DNA of 62,881 nucleotides, the filler included, from Nemertoderma westbladi (Eukaryota > Animalia > Xenacoelomorpha): assembly GCA_032718475.1 (NCBI GenBank). It is 3 parts of 3 records of this genome, joined end to end, with 100 filler letters (N's around TTAATTAATTAA, not from the genome) between each part and the next. Parts side by side here need not be neighbours in the genome. Positions count along the whole stretch, not along the records: positions 1 to 27,951 come from JAUCBJ010006006.1; positions 28,052 to 49,497 come from JAUCBJ010000572.1; 1 more part is not named here. The stretch is one strand, 5' to 3'. Under the pieces are notes generated by a model that saw only the letters and a list, made by a program, of their open reading frames with translations, was not told the DNA's origin and made no database searches. Positions 22,880-42,885 of the stretch are shown here, piece after piece. The translations under genes were made by a program, and so were the position numbers. Numbering within the stretch: position 1 is the stretch's first letter; each line of letters starts with the position of its first letter.

Positions 22880-25555
22880 TGTATTGTAATGGAGGGTTCA
22901 TTTCAGCTTGTATTGTAATGGGCGGGCTCATTTCAGCTTGTATTGTAATGGAGGGCTCATTTCAGCTTGTATTGTAATGGAGGGCTCATTTCAGCTTGTA
23001 TTGTAATGGAGGGCTCATTTCAGCTTGTATTGTAATGGAGGGCTCATTTCAGCTTGTATTGTAATGGAGGGTTCATTTCAGTTTGTATTGTAATGGAGGG
23101 CTCATTTCAGCTTGTATTGTAATGGGCGGGCTCATTTCAGCTTGTATTGTAATGGAGGGCTCATTTCAGCTTGTATTGTAATGGAGGGCTCATTTCAGCT
23201 TGTATTGTAATGGAGGGCTCATTTCAGCTTGTATTGTAATGGAGGGCTCATTTCAGCTTGTATTGTAATGGAGGGCTCATTTCAGCTTGTATTGTAATGG
23301 AGGGCTCATTTCAGCTTGTATTGTAATGGAGGGCTCATTTCAGCTTGTATTGTAATGGAGGGCTCATTTCAGCTTGTATTGTAATGGAGGGCTCATTTCA
23401 GCTTGTATTGTAATGGAGGGCTCATTTCAGCTTGTATTGTAATGGAGGGCTCATTTCAGCTTGTATTGTAATGGAGGGCTCATTTCAGCTTGTATTGTAA
23501 TGGAGGGCTCATTTCAGCTTGTATTGTAATGGAGGGCTCATTTCAGCTTGTATTGTAATGGAGGGCTCATTTCAGCTTGTATTGTAATGGAGGGCTCATT
23601 TCAGCTTGTATTGTAATGGAGGGTTCATTTCAGCTTGTATTGTAATGGAGGGCTCATTTCAGCTTGTATTGTAATGGAGGGCTCATTTCAGCTTGTATTG
23701 TAATGGAGGGCTCATTTCAGCTTGTATTGTAATGGAGGGCTCATTTCAGCTTGTATTGTAATGGAGGGCTCATTTCAGCTTGTATTGTAATGGAGGGCTC
23801 ATTTCAGCTTGTATTGTAATGGAGGGCTCATTTCAGCTTGTATTGTAATGGAGGGTTCATTTCAGCTTGTATTGTAATGGAGGGCTCATTTCAGCTTGTA
23901 TTGTAATGGAGGGCTCATTTCAGCTTGTATTGTAATGGAGGGCTCATTTCAGCTTGTATTGTAATGGAGGGCTCATTTCAGCTTGTATTGTAATGGAGGG
24001 CTCATTTCAGCTTGTATTGTAATGGAGGGCTCATTTCAGCTTGTATTGTAATGGAGGGCTCATTTCAGCTTGTATTGTAATGGAGGGCTCATTTCAGCTT
24101 GTATTGTAATGGAGGGCTCATTTCAGCTTGTATTGTAATGGAGGGCTCATTTCAGCTTGTATTGTAATGGAGGGCTCATTTCAGCTTGTATTGTAATGGA
24201 GGGTTCATTTCAGCTTGTATTGTAATGGAGGGCTCATTTCAGCTTGTATTGTAATGGAGGGCTCATTTCAGCTTGTATTGTAATGGAGGGCTCATTTCAG
24301 CTTGTATTGTAATGGAGGGCTCATTTCAGCTTGTATTGTAATGGAGGGCTCATTTCAGCTTGTATTGTAATGGAGGGCTCATTTCAGCTTGTATTGTAAT
24401 GGAGGGCTCATTTCAGCTTGTATTGTAATGGAGGGCTCATTTCAGCTTGTATTGTAATGGAGGGCTCATTTCAGCTTGTATTGTAATGGAGGGTTCATTT
24501 CAGCTTGTATTGTAATGGAGGGTTCATTTCAGCTTGTATTGTAATGGAGGGCTCATTTCAGCTTGTATTGTAATGGAGGGTTCATTTCAGCTTGTATTGT
24601 AATGGAGGGCTCATTTCAGCTTGTATTGTAATGGAGGGCTCATTTCAGCTTGTATTGTAATGGAGGGTTCATTTCAGCTTGTATTGTAATGGAGGGTTCA
24701 TTTCAGCTTGTATTGTAATGGAGGGTTCATTTCAGCTTGTATTGTAATGGAGGGCTCATTTCAGCTTGTATTGTAATGGAGGGCTCATTTCAGCTTGTAT
24801 TGTAATGGAGGGTTCATTTCAGCTTGTATTGTAATGGAGGGTTCATTTCAGCTTGTATTGTAATGGAGGGCTCATTTCAGCTTGTATTGTAATGGAGGGC
24901 TCATTTCAGCTTGTATTGTAATGGAGGGCTCATTTCAGCTTGTATTGTAATGGAGGGTTCATTTCAGCTTGTATTGTAATGGAGGGTTCATTTCAGCTTG
25001 TATTGTAATGGAGGGCTCATTTCAGCTTGTATTGTAATGGAGGGTTCATTTCAGCTTGTATTGTAATGGAGGGCTCATTTCAGCTTGTATTGTAATGGAG
25101 GGTTCATTTCAGCTTGTATTGTAATGGAGGGTTCATTTCAGCTTGTATTGTAATGGAGGGTTCATTTCAGCTTGTATTGTAATGGAGGGTTCATTTCAGC
25201 TTGTATTGTAATGGAGGGCTCATTTCAGCTTGTATTGTAATGGAGGGCTCATTTCAGCTTGTATTGTAATGGAGGGTTCATTTCAGCTTGTATTGTAATG
25301 GAGGGCTCATTTCAGCTTGTATTGTAATGGAGGGCTCATTTCAGCTTGTATTGTAATGGAGGGTTCATTTCAGCTTGTATTGTAATGGAGGGCTCATTTC
25401 AGCTTGTATTGTAATGGAGGGTTCATTTCAGCTTGTATTGTAATGGATGGTTCATTTCAGCTTGTATTGTAATGGAGGGCTCATTTCAGCTTGTATTGTA
25501 ATGGAGGGTTCATTTCAGCTTGTATTGTAATGGAGGGCTCATTTCAGCTTGTATT
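22880..25555. repeat. 29-bp satellite, highly homogeneous main block
   Basis: About 92 monomers differing almost only at one C/T site (GGGCTC versus GGGTTC). Confidence 0.95.
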
Positions 25556-26474
25556 AGTTGTATTTTACTGTATGTAAATAAAATGGCTCTTAAGATACAC
25601 GATATTGAGGCCTGTAGGAAAAAATTGCTTCATTGTCCCCGAAAACTATACGCAGCGCTGTGTGTGTGCACGAGTAGCACAATATATGGACATTAATAAT
25701 TATAATTTTATTTAATTAATCAAGCAAGATAAAAAAAATCACCTTATTTTATAAATATACATATAATTTAAAATTTTCACAAAAATGTCTTCCAGTCACC
25801 GCTAGTAAGTAAGTAAATTTCCTTATAGCGTGTTGAAAAATGGCTGAGTTTACCAATCGGTTAGAGAAATTAAATCAGGTTTATTTGGATTCAATAAGCG
25901 TTGTGTTTGATTATAGCGTTCCTGATTGATATCCCTTCCTAATCCACCCTACCCCCCTACCCTACATTACGTCGCCCTAACTCAGCCTAATCTAAGCTGC
26001 GTTGCATTTTTGACTGATGAGGTTCGGTTAGTCGAAATGACAGTGGGGCGAGCCACGTACACAGTAGTTAGTCCCTATGAGGGTAGATCCACTACGCCTT
26101 GGGCCTTGCCACTACGGCATCCACTGTTCCTACAATATAGTCTCATAACTTTGTATTAAATGCTAATACGTCTTGGACTCCGCAAGTCGCGATTCCTAAT
26201 TTTATTCCCCGAACTTTGTCCCACTCACTGTTGGGACTCCGGTAGATGAATTACTGATCTTCCTTTGTTTGTACGCATATTACCGAAAATATCAACCAAC
26301 TAATTTATTTAATACTTTCCAACGTTTTCATGACAAGCAGATACCAGTTCCACATTGTTTATACGATTTTATTATAATAACCTCGGATCAGCATTTAAGC
26401 CAGTGTTGATTGAACTAACAATACGTTTTACATCAGTAAAGTAAATGATCTGTAAATGTGAGACAATCAGACGG

Positions 26475-26516
<42 letters not shown>

Positions 26517-27951
26517 CTGTTACTTGTGAGGGATGCCACCCCACTAACTCCCAAAGTAGAATACTCTCATCACCAAACTATGTTCTTACTGATGGAATTA
26601 ATTACTTTCTGATGTTCATAATCATCCATACCCCAACAGAAAATAATTTATCAGAAAAGGAACATAGTTCGCAATAATAGTATATAATATAATTTCGCAA
26701 ATTTCGCAAATAATAGGAACAAATCATTATAAGATTGATTGCAAAAAAAGGAACACAGTCCGAAATAATTAGAACAAAATCATAATTGAGAATTTCATAG
26801 GTACGCACTTCGCAAAGTGAGGAAAAGTTAACTACCCGTTGGAATAATGTTCGCTTAACGTTGGTGTGAAGGGAATAAAATTCGCGCCACCCCCTTCACC
26901 CCTACTCAATAAATCACTGCGACTCACTTACCAATGTGAACACAAAACCATAAAGATTTCCACTGCATTCCAATTCCAACACCAACCCACAATAATATAT
27001 TGACGATGTAATTTCCGCGATACTAAATTATTTCCCGTAAAAATGATACATTGCCAGATGCTCCAGATGGCTTCCTTGTGGGTGGATCCTACGTTACTAT
27101 AGCTACTGAAAACGAAATGTACCGTATCGAGATCTTGATCTAAATTGATTAATGTTGCTGTTTACTATAAATAGATACATTAGGCACAGTCTATTTATAT
27201 ATAGGCCTACATAATATCCGCTAATTAATGGCTGCAGACAGTTCACAAACAGGATATTATTCCATCAACAAAAGGGGAAAGTGGATCCATATAGGCTGGG
27301 TGTTACGCAAACGAGACCACTTACCTTACCCACAAACGATTTTATCATTGTCTTACGGTACACCTACTACTGTCTGACTGTTTGCTCAATGACAATGTCT
27401 CAACAACCCACCAACGGGGTGTGCAGTAGTTTACTCCCATCGTGTGGTCTGTGTCATACATAACCTTTCATTCCAGCATAAAGGTAACGCCCATTAATCA
27501 TTATATAATGATTAGGGGATATTCACTGCATCACTGAAATTGAAAGTTTATTTTAAAAGGAAGCGAAACAACTTATTACTTTGTAACTTGACTCAATTTT
27601 GAAGATGGTCCAGACACATTTAGCCAGATAGGGGGGAAACTGGACGCAATAAAAATTCATCCCTCTCCAGGGGAAATTCGACGCAAATATCAGCTGATTA
27701 CTCTCAAAAATAAAACTGTAACCTGTTTTATTGTGCTTAGTTTATTGTTTTGGTTAAAATAACGTGCCACTGTAACCTGCTCCTTTCCCTAAATTGAGAA
27801 TTTAACATTGAGGCGGGATATTAATTCGCTAAGATGGGATTTGCGTCCAGCCCCCCCTCCCCCCTGTCTCCATTTAGCATTTAGTCACACCACATCAGTT
27901 CTTAATTTATTTAAAATAAAAACATTAAGGGATAGGAGCAGGTTACAGAGG

Positions 27952-28051
27952 NNNNNNNNNNNNNNNNNNNNNNNNNNNNNNNNNNNNNNNNNNNNTTAAT
28001 TAATTAANNNNNNNNNNNNNNNNNNNNNNNNNNNNNNNNNNNNNNNNNNNN
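27952..28051. other. Scaffold gap (N44-TTAATTAATTAA-N44), artificial
   Basis: An identical construct occurs at 49498-49597. Confidence 0.95.
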
Positions 28052-28569
28052 AAATATATTATAACCTCGTCCGTTGTTTACTTTACATTACATTAGATTA
28101 CAAGTAAAATAAAGTGAACATTCCATTGATACCTCGACCGTTTGGTAGGCAATATGAGTTAATAGTAATTGAGCTGCTGTTTGTATGTCGTGATCTAGTG
28201 GGCCTGTAATGTTAGTTGGAAAAATGTCGATGTCATATCAATAACAGATAATCAGCAAACATTTATGTTATAAACAATAATTAATGTTATTGTGTAAATA
28301 ATATTATATTTATTTTATTCTCAACCGGCTGGAAAAGATTGAGAAGCGGGTAAACCATCTGGTTTAATTAGCCGATTGTATCTAATTAATGGCGGGGGGG
28401 GGGGGGGGGGGTGACGAAAATAACTTTAGTTTATTGTTTTGGTTAGAATAACGTGCCTCTGCTATTGGAAAGTACATTAAAAAGTATATAGGACAATCAC
28501 CAAACTTACTTCATAAGAAAAATTACAAATCGAAATGATATATGGGCCTTCTATCCCCAGAAACTGATA

Positions 28570-29000
28570 GTAAATGTGGCCGTACGGAGTTACGTAATCA
28601 CAACGCGATCTGGTCGTAATGCCATTTTATATAAAATCACATTAACGAGTAACTTCCCATAAGAGTTATAAATAGTTTTTTACATATTAATAATCCTGAA
28701 TTACGTAGCTTTCTTTTAAGCTATCAAACATAAATTTTCGCTTAATAGAACGAAAGGTACACATGTTTTTATAGACAACAATAAGAATATTGTTCATCAA
28801 ATTATTAATTTACAATTTTACAAAATAAATCAACTGGGATATGGAGGCGGCCAACCAATGAGAACCCTTGAATTTCCCGATGTCAATGAATCTCTATGGG
28901 CCGGTTCATTGTGTTAGTAGGAGAGCAGCTATGGAGAGAATTCATCTTCGGAATGAAAATAAACCTGGTTGAGTTGGACCGCACAGTTGAATTAATTACA
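28570..29000 (+). repeat. Duplicated block X (copy 1); copy 2 at about 42484-43175
   Basis: gtaaatgtggccgtacgg...aaacctggttgagttggaccgcacagtt is nearly identical in both copies. Confidence 0.9.
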
Positions 29001-29129
29001 TTCTAGTTCACTACATATACTTATATTTTGCATTGTGTTCTGGATTGCTTCTTTTAATAAAACTATTTAAAGTTGATAAGTTATTGCAGTTCCTTGTAAT
29101 AAATGTTAAAATCAGTTCAACATTCAACT

Positions 29130-29600
29130 ATATCAGTTAATACAATATTAGTATTAGTATTTGTTTGTACTAATAAACGATCTATGTAAACTTATGGTTA
29201 TTATTTTTATTTTTAGAACAGACTACGACATTTAGAAGCTCTAAACAATGCAGCTACTACCACAAACACTGCCAAGGGACGAGTTTCTACTCTATTGTTA
29301 TGATCTTGGGACCGCAAATGAAAGTACTAAAACTGCCTGGGATTTTATTTAAACTGTTAAAGAGATTCGAATGACAATTATCATTAGTGCTGCTTATTAA
29401 TTAATTGCTGATGTAACTTCGTATTTACCCGAACTGATATTATGTTATATAACTTTATGTTTCATATATTTTGTTTATATCAGTTCTTGACATTACCAAT
29501 AATTAATTATTAATTCTTATATAACTAATTTTTCAACTCATTTTTCAATTCATGTCAAATACGTTATGTTTAAACCCCAAAATCTCCATAAGAACAAAAT
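29130..29600 (+). repeat. Duplicated block Y (copy 1); copy 2 at about 41040-41510; contains an exon-like segment 29217-29303
   Basis: atatcagttaatacaatattag...catttttcaatt is nearly identical in both copies. A ttttag acceptor is followed by NRLRHLEALNNAATTTNTAKGRVSTLLL*, which I do not recognise. Confidence 0.9.
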
Positions 29601-29744
29601 ATATGTAAAAACGGTCAAGGTATTTGGAATCTGCGGTTAATTAAACACTAGAAGAAGTCAAATTTCAAATTAGTAAATCAAACTAGTCAAATTTTCTCTA
29701 AGTGTTGCAGGAAAATATACCTTAAATCTCGCAAAATTTCAAAA

Positions 29745-34760
<5,016 letters not shown>

Positions 34761-36690
34761 AATACCAATAATCAATACCGATACCAATACCAATAACCAA
34801 TACCAATAATCAATACCGATACCGATAACTGATACCAATAATCAATACCAATAACCGATACCAATAATCAATATCGAAACCGATAACCAATACCAATACC
34901 AATACTGATACCGATAACCGATACCAATAATCAATACCAATACCGATTTCCAATACCAATAATCTATACCGAAACCAATAACCAATACTGATACCAATAA
35001 TCAATACTGATAACAATAATAAATTCCAATACTAATAACCGATACCAATAATCAATACCGATACTGATAACCGATGCCAATGACCAATATCGATACCAAT
35101 ATCAATAACGTTTTTAATATCTATACCAATATCAATAATCTTTTTAATATCGATACCAATATCAATAACCAATATCGATACCAATAACCAATATCAATAA
35201 CCAATATCAATAACCAATATCAATAACCAATATCGATACCAATAACCAATATCAATAACCACTAACCAATAACCAATAACCAATATCAATAACCAATATC
35301 AATAACCAATATCGATACCAATAACCAATATCAATAACCAATAACCAATAACCAATATCAATAACCATTATCAATAACCAATATCGATACCAATAACCAA
35401 TATCAATAACCAATAACCAATATCAATAACCAATATCGATACCAATAACCAATATCAATAACCAATAACCAATATCAATAACCAATATCAATAACCAATA
35501 TCGATACCAATAACCAATATCAATAACCAATATTCAATATCAATAACCAATATCAATAACCAATAACCAATATCAATAACCAATATCGATACCAATAACC
35601 AATATCAATAACCAATATCCAATAACCAATATCAATAACCAATATCAATAACCAATATCGATACCAATAACCAATAACCAATATCAATAACCAATAACCA
35701 AGAACCTATAATCAATATCAATAACCAATATAAATAACCAATTTCGACACCAATAACCAATATCAATAACCAATATCCAATAACCAATATCAATAACCAA
35801 TATCGATACCAATAACCAATATCAATAACCAATAACCAATATCAATAACCAATATCAATAACCAATAGCAATAAACAATATCGATACCAATAACCAATAT
35901 CAATAACCAATATCGATACCAATAACCAATATCAATAACCAATAACCAATATCAATAACCAATATCGATACCAATAACCAATATCAATAACCACTAACCA
36001 ATAACCAATATCAATAACCAATATCAATAACCAATATCGATACCAATAACCAATATCAATAACCAATAACCAATATCAATAACCAATATCAATAACCAAT
36101 ATCAATAACCAATATCAATAACCAATATCAATAACCAATATCGATTCCAATATCAATAACCAATATCAATAACCAATATCAATAACCAATATCAATAACC
36201 AATATCGATACCAATAACCAATATCAATAACCACTAACCAATAACCAATAACCAATATCAATAACCAATATCGATACCAATAACCAACATCAATAACCAA
36301 TAACCAATAACCAATATCAATAACCAATATCAATAACCAATATCGATACCAATAACCAATATTAATAACCAATAACCAATATCAATAACCAATATCGATA
36401 CCAATAACCAATATCAATAACCAATAACCAATATCAATAACCATTATCAATAACCAATATCGATACCAATAACCAATATCAATAACCACTAACCAATAAC
36501 CATTATCAATAACCAATATCGATACCAATAAACAATATCAATAACCAATAACCAATATCAATAACCAATATCAATAACCAATATCGATTCCAATATCAAT
36601 AACCAATATCGATGACAATTACAATAACCAATATGGATGCCAATATCAATAATCAATGTCGATATCAATTTACCGATACCGATACCAGTA
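34761..36690. repeat. 6/7-mer satellite (ATACCA/ATATCA/ATAACCA/ATATCG)
   Basis: Directly visible and contiguous with the GTACCG array. Confidence 0.95.
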
Positions 36691-38145
36691 TCATTTCACC
36701 AGCATTTTACATAATGATACCATGGCATTTAGCCGCAATGCATAGGCCTATAACAAATACTTACCATACATAGCCTTGCTGCCCCCTTTGATCCATTGTA
36801 TCAACTATGTTATTATAACTATAATTTCAAATAAGGTTATTCTTCATCGTTTTAATTAGTACTTAATATGAACAGAAAGATAAAATTACGCTTATTCTAA
36901 TGAACTTAAAATCAACCAATTTCATCCACCTCAACCAAAGTTACAGGCCGACAAAGTTTTCATTATTTTCAGAGAACACTAGTGGTTTCTAAGCCACGCT
37001 CAGTCATTAATCATGATGTCATTTTAGCCACGAAGAATTCTCATTCGTTCAAACGCTACCATTAGTTCAATGGTGGGGAGAAAGTTAGTATTTAAAATTC
37101 AAAATAAACATAGAAAACTTGATCCTCAAGAGTAGCTAAAAAAAAAAAGTTGTATGCAAAATTCAATCTAGTTCCCGAATCTCTCACTTTCCCGCCATCA
37201 AACCCTCAACTTTTCCAAATAATGTACAGGCGAAAATTCTGTCAAAAAGACAAACCATTATTCCCCTTCACTTAATGTTAAATCTACAATGGTTGAAGCT
37301 ATTTTCCCTTTGGCTCCACAGAAACAGCGAATCAGAAGCTTTGTTGACATCCAAACCAACTCATCTTGCTTAACCCGGCTTTTTCCAAAAAAATATCGCG
37401 TTTTAAGCTAGTTTTTATGTAAAAACTCCTATTATACTATCAAAAATTATATTCAAAATATATACATCTTATGGAATGCAACATGACGAGTCTCCTGGTA
37501 TATTTACTTTTTCAAGAGATACTTAAATAAGCCCAATCCAACGTCATGTTCCTGTGTTTTCACTCAACATATCCATTCAAGATGGCGTCCATTCAAGGCA
37601 ATATCCAATCTACTTATGCTAATGAGTTCTTTACTATAGTCACTGCGTACAGGCGCATTGCATTGTTACCTTGCTAGCCATAGCCATCCATTATTATTAC
37701 ATTGACACAACGTTCTTTAATACAACCACAGAGTTCATAGAGAGTTCACAGACAGTTGTTCGCGCATACCATCAGAATCAGGCCTACGCGACCGTAGCCT
37801 ACTTGTTTCAGTTTACATTCAGTGGGCTTTATTTATACAAAGGCAACGGCCAGTGTCATTTCATTCAATAACAATACTTCTGTGTTACTTACCGTAGGTA
37901 GTTGTTACGTCGGATTACAATAATTAATTATTCGTTCGCAATCAAATATTATATTAAAGTGTTTCGGGACGACGCCATCCTTTGTTATTGCAAGGACTAT
38001 TAATTCATTCAAAGCAAAGGTAATTTATTTATTATAATCCCGTATATAATTATTACGTAGCTAGAGACTACGTAGCATAAGAAGGCTAAACTTATTAATT
38101 AACTTATTATTTAAATTCATTTACTCAGGTTTACTCAATTATTTT

Positions 38146-38649
38146 GGCGCTAATCTTCTGGTAGACTCGACTGGCCAGAAGCTGAAACTGTCTGACTTTG
38201 GTAGTACGGCAGCCCGTCTGCAGTCGCAACAAACGTTCGGTGGGGAATTCCAGGGTCAACTATTGGGCACCATCGCATTTATGGCTCCAGAAGTAAGTTG
38301 TAGTGAATTCAGTAGTATTCGTAGATTTATTGAAGATTAGATTTTAATAACAAATGTTATTAGAAAATTTGTTGGTAACATTTTAATATTAATAACTTTA
38401 ATTTATCAAAATTATATTAAAGTCAATTTTATTTATTTATTTTTAATATTATTATTATTATTAGGTAATGTAATAACTTATTCATCCTTTTTTTTGCAGA
38501 TCGCCAACTCTAAAAGCCACCCAGACATAGCAGATAGACTATCGGACAGTCTCAAGGACTTAATCCGCCAATGTTTGAGAATAAATCCAGCGGACAGACC
38601 GAAGGCAAGAAGAATCCTCTCTCATCCGGTATTCAGTTGCCAAGTTTAA
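38146..38649 (+). pseudogene. MAP3K1: MAP3K1/MEKK1 kinase C-terminal fragment, exons 38146-38292 and 38500-38649
   Basis: [49 protein letters not shown] (donor GTAAGT at 38293) contains the MEKK1-diagnostic [17 protein letters not shown]. The last exon IANSKSHPDIADRLSDSLKDLIRQCLRINPADRPKARRILSHPVFSCQV* follows acceptor tttgcag. The subdomain IX exon and all upstream exons were not found. Confidence 0.85.
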
Positions 38650-39189
38650 TCTGTGAGCGACACGTAACGACATTCCAACAACGTTTCTGCTGCGATATAA
38701 ACCTTCACATTTACCTTTACTATCACCAATAATAATTGCTGCGACCATTTTGCATATTTGGCACTCGGATTTCAATAAAATGATATCGATGTTAACCGAG
38801 CCATTAGACAAGACAATGGATAGGTAATAACGCGGAACTGGTAAAGAAGATGATTAATAAAGTTTCGGTTGTCAAGAAGAATCTTTGTTATAATAGATAA
38901 ATCTTTACGAATCTAAAAATAATTCTACGGCTGTAACTAAACTATAATAATAAATATTAAACTCTGATAATTTAATCGGTTTTTTTGTATTTTAACTCTA
39001 AATTATTTTAAATTAATAATTTTTTTACGTGTTTTGATGTTTCTGTATTTTTTTATTGTTGCATCGCTTTCAGACAGCCGCAACTCTACCTAGTAGGTAT
39101 AATAATTGCACGCAATTCCTTCAGCAATAATTGCACACCTTGCCTTCTGCAATACAATTGCACGCCTTCACTGCAAATAAATCATATCA

Positions 39190-41035
39190 ACAATATATCC
39201 AGCACAATTACAAATAGTAATGGTGCTAATGTGTCACCTTGCAGTACGCCAGCCAGGATTGAGAAAAACTCAGTTTCACCATCTGGTGAGAGTACCTGCG
39301 CTTCTGTGTCACAATATAGCAATCCAATGCCAGCAACAATTACTTCTGGTATTCCATAAGCTCTTAGGATTTCAAGCATTTTTACCTCTATGGATGGAGT
39401 CGAATGCCTTCTTGAAGTCCACAAAAGTCATGACTGTGGGGAGATTCTTTGACTTAATTCCTTCAATCAGTCTCCGTAGTGCAAGTATCTGAGCTATTGT
39501 TGATCTACTTGGTCGAAATCCGTTTTGGCTCTTACGCAGTAGTTTCTCTATGTGAGGCCTAATCCTATATAGAATCATTTTATTGTATATTTGGGAAGCT
39601 ACCACAAGCAGACAGATCCCACGATAATTTGTTGGTATGCCGAGGTCTCCTTTCTTGGGGAGAGGCTTTAGTTGACCTTTAGTCCAAATTGGTGGTGGCT
39701 TTTCCCCTTTTAACATCCGGTTGCAAACATTCAATAATGGTCTATTTAGCACTCCGGTTTTCCATACCTCCGCTGGGATTTCATCTAATCCACTCGCTTT
39801 ATTATTGGACATGCTTTTAATGCTTTTTTGGAGTTCGGCAGGTGTGAAGTCCCCTGTTTCTATAGGAAGTGTCTTGTCATATATTTTCCTTGTAGGGCTG
39901 ACCTCGATGTTTGGTGGCTGCCCAAGCAAGTTGCTGAAGTGATTTTTCCACTTCCCAACACGTTCTTCAGGACTATCGGCTTTGAGGCGCCCCTTTGCAC
40001 AACTTTTACGACCAGATACCTCATTTACAGTTTGCCAGGTAAGTCTTGATTGTTGCTGTATGTGAGCAGTTGTAATTGCTTCAGTTTTATCCTGTATGTA
40101 CTTTTCCTGGCTGATGTTGTAGGCCAATTTAAGATCGTCCTTAGCTTTCTCAACCTTGTTAATGTTTTCGGTTGGTGGTTGTTCGGTTTTAACTTTGTAG
40201 GCTATCTTAAGATCTTCTCTCTTACAAGTAACCTCAGAGTTTTGCCATGGCACATACTGTTTTCGTTTAGGTTTCTGGGGGATATGCCTCTTAGCTGATT
40301 CCTTGTGGGCTGTTATTATATTCTGGTATATTGAATCGGTGGATTGGTCTTCATCCATTGACTGAAGTGCTTCAAAGCGGTTTTGAACTTCTACTGTATA
40401 AGCATCCTTTACAGCATTGTCAGTTCTGAGTTTCTCCCAGTCATAGTTGATTTGCTTGCTTGTCCTGGGTTTGCTGGCTCTCAAACTGAGTCTGATCTCT
40501 GCAGTCACAATTCTGTGGTCCGAACCAATTAGGTTGAACGAGCTGTATGCCTCGCAGTTGATCATGCTATTTCTCCACTTTTTGTTTATAAGGATGTAAT
40601 CCAGTTGTGCTTTGGTTCCATTAGGGTATTGAAAGGTCCATAGCTTCCCCTTACTCTTTTCGAATGTGTTGTTTGTTGGTATCAATTCACATTCTTTGAT
40701 TAGGTCTAAGAGTAAGTACCCATTTCTGTTAGAACTGGTGTTATAGGTGTAACCCTTGATGTCTTCTGGGCCAATTTGTGCATTCAGGTCACCAGCAATG
40801 ACTTTAACATTGTGTTTCGGGATGTCCTTAATAAGTCCAGTCAGTTCTTCATAAAACTTAACTGCTTGTTCTGGCTCTGATGCATTGGTTGGACTGTAGC
40901 AACATATAACTGTTGTCTTGGGATTCCCATCAAATGTTGCGATCATAACCCTGGAATTTATAGATTCGATGTTGTTTAGGGTCTTAAGTGCAAATGGGCT
41001 TAGCAGAATTCCTGCTCCACCAATTGAGTTACTCC
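39190..41035 (-). mobile_element. RTE-clade LINE fragment (APE endonuclease plus N-terminal RT), truncated at both ends, one frameshift
   Basis: ORF 39372-40946 has YSPT, GDLNAQIG, LDYILI, SDH, NYRGICLL, QNGFRPSRST, FVDFKKAFDSI. It frameshifts near 39380 into MLEILRAYGIP...GVLQGDTLAPLLF and breaks before YADD. Confidence 0.92.
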
Positions 41036-41517
41036 ACCAATATCAGTTAATACAATATTAGTATTAGTATTTGTTTGTACTAATAAACGATCTATGTAAA
41101 CTTATGGTTATTATTTTTATTTTTAGAACAGACTACGACATTTAGAAGCTCTACACAATGCAGCTACTACCACAAACACTGCCAAGGGACGAGTTTCTAC
41201 TCTATTGTTATGATCTTGGGACCGCAAATGAAAGTACTAAAACTGCCTGGGATTTTATTTAAACTGTTAAAGAGATTCGAATGACAATTATTATTAGTGC
41301 TGCTTAATAATTAACTGCTGATGTAACTTCGTATTTACCCGAACTGATATTATGTTATATAACTGTATGTTTAAAATATTTTGTTTATATATCAGTTGTT
41401 GACATTACCAATAATTAATTATTAATTCTTATATAACTAATTTTTCAACTCATTTTTCAATTTATGTCAAATACGTTGTGTTTAAACACCAATATCTCAA
41501 TAAGAACAAACCGATAT

Positions 41518-42503
<986 letters not shown>

Positions 42504-42885
42504 TTACGTAATCAAAACGCGACCTGGTCGTAATGCCATTTTATATAAAATCACATTAACGAGTAACTTCCCATAAGAGTTATAAAGAGTTTTTTACATA
42601 TTAATAATCCTGAATTACGTAGCTTTCTTTTAAGCTATCAAACATAAATTTTCGCTTAATAGAACGAAAGGTACACATGTTTTTATAGACAACAATAAGA
42701 ATATTGTTCATCAAATTATTAATTTACAATTTTACAAAATAAATCAACTGGGATATGGAGGCGGCCAACCAATGAGAACCCTTGAATTTCCCGATGTCAA
42801 TGAATCTCTATGGGCCGGTTCATTGTGTTAGTAGGAGAGCAGCTATGGAGAGAATTCATCTTCGGAATGAAAATAAACCTGGTTG

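Noticed and set aside
19855-25555. 29-bp repeats as a CRISPR array
   Set aside because: Monomers are head-to-tail with no unique spacers, there are no cas genes, and the context is eukaryotic.
26014-26057. CTGATGA-GGTT-cggtt-AGTC-GAAA hammerhead-like core next to GTGGGGCGAGCCACG
   Set aside because: Stem II relies on two G-U pairs and I cannot build stems I and III or a cleavage triplet. The adjacent 15-nt match to the Helentron-like terminus is too short to call an element.
27996-28007. TTAATTAATTAA inside N runs (also 49542-49553)
   Set aside because: An identical linker centred in two 100-nt gaps, with stops in all frames, is an assembly spacer.
29217-29303. Exon-like segment as the continuation of the DOCK gene
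   Set aside because: No resemblance to the PH-domain C-terminal half, it ends in a stop, it is duplicated at 41127-41213, and it lies beyond a scaffold gap.
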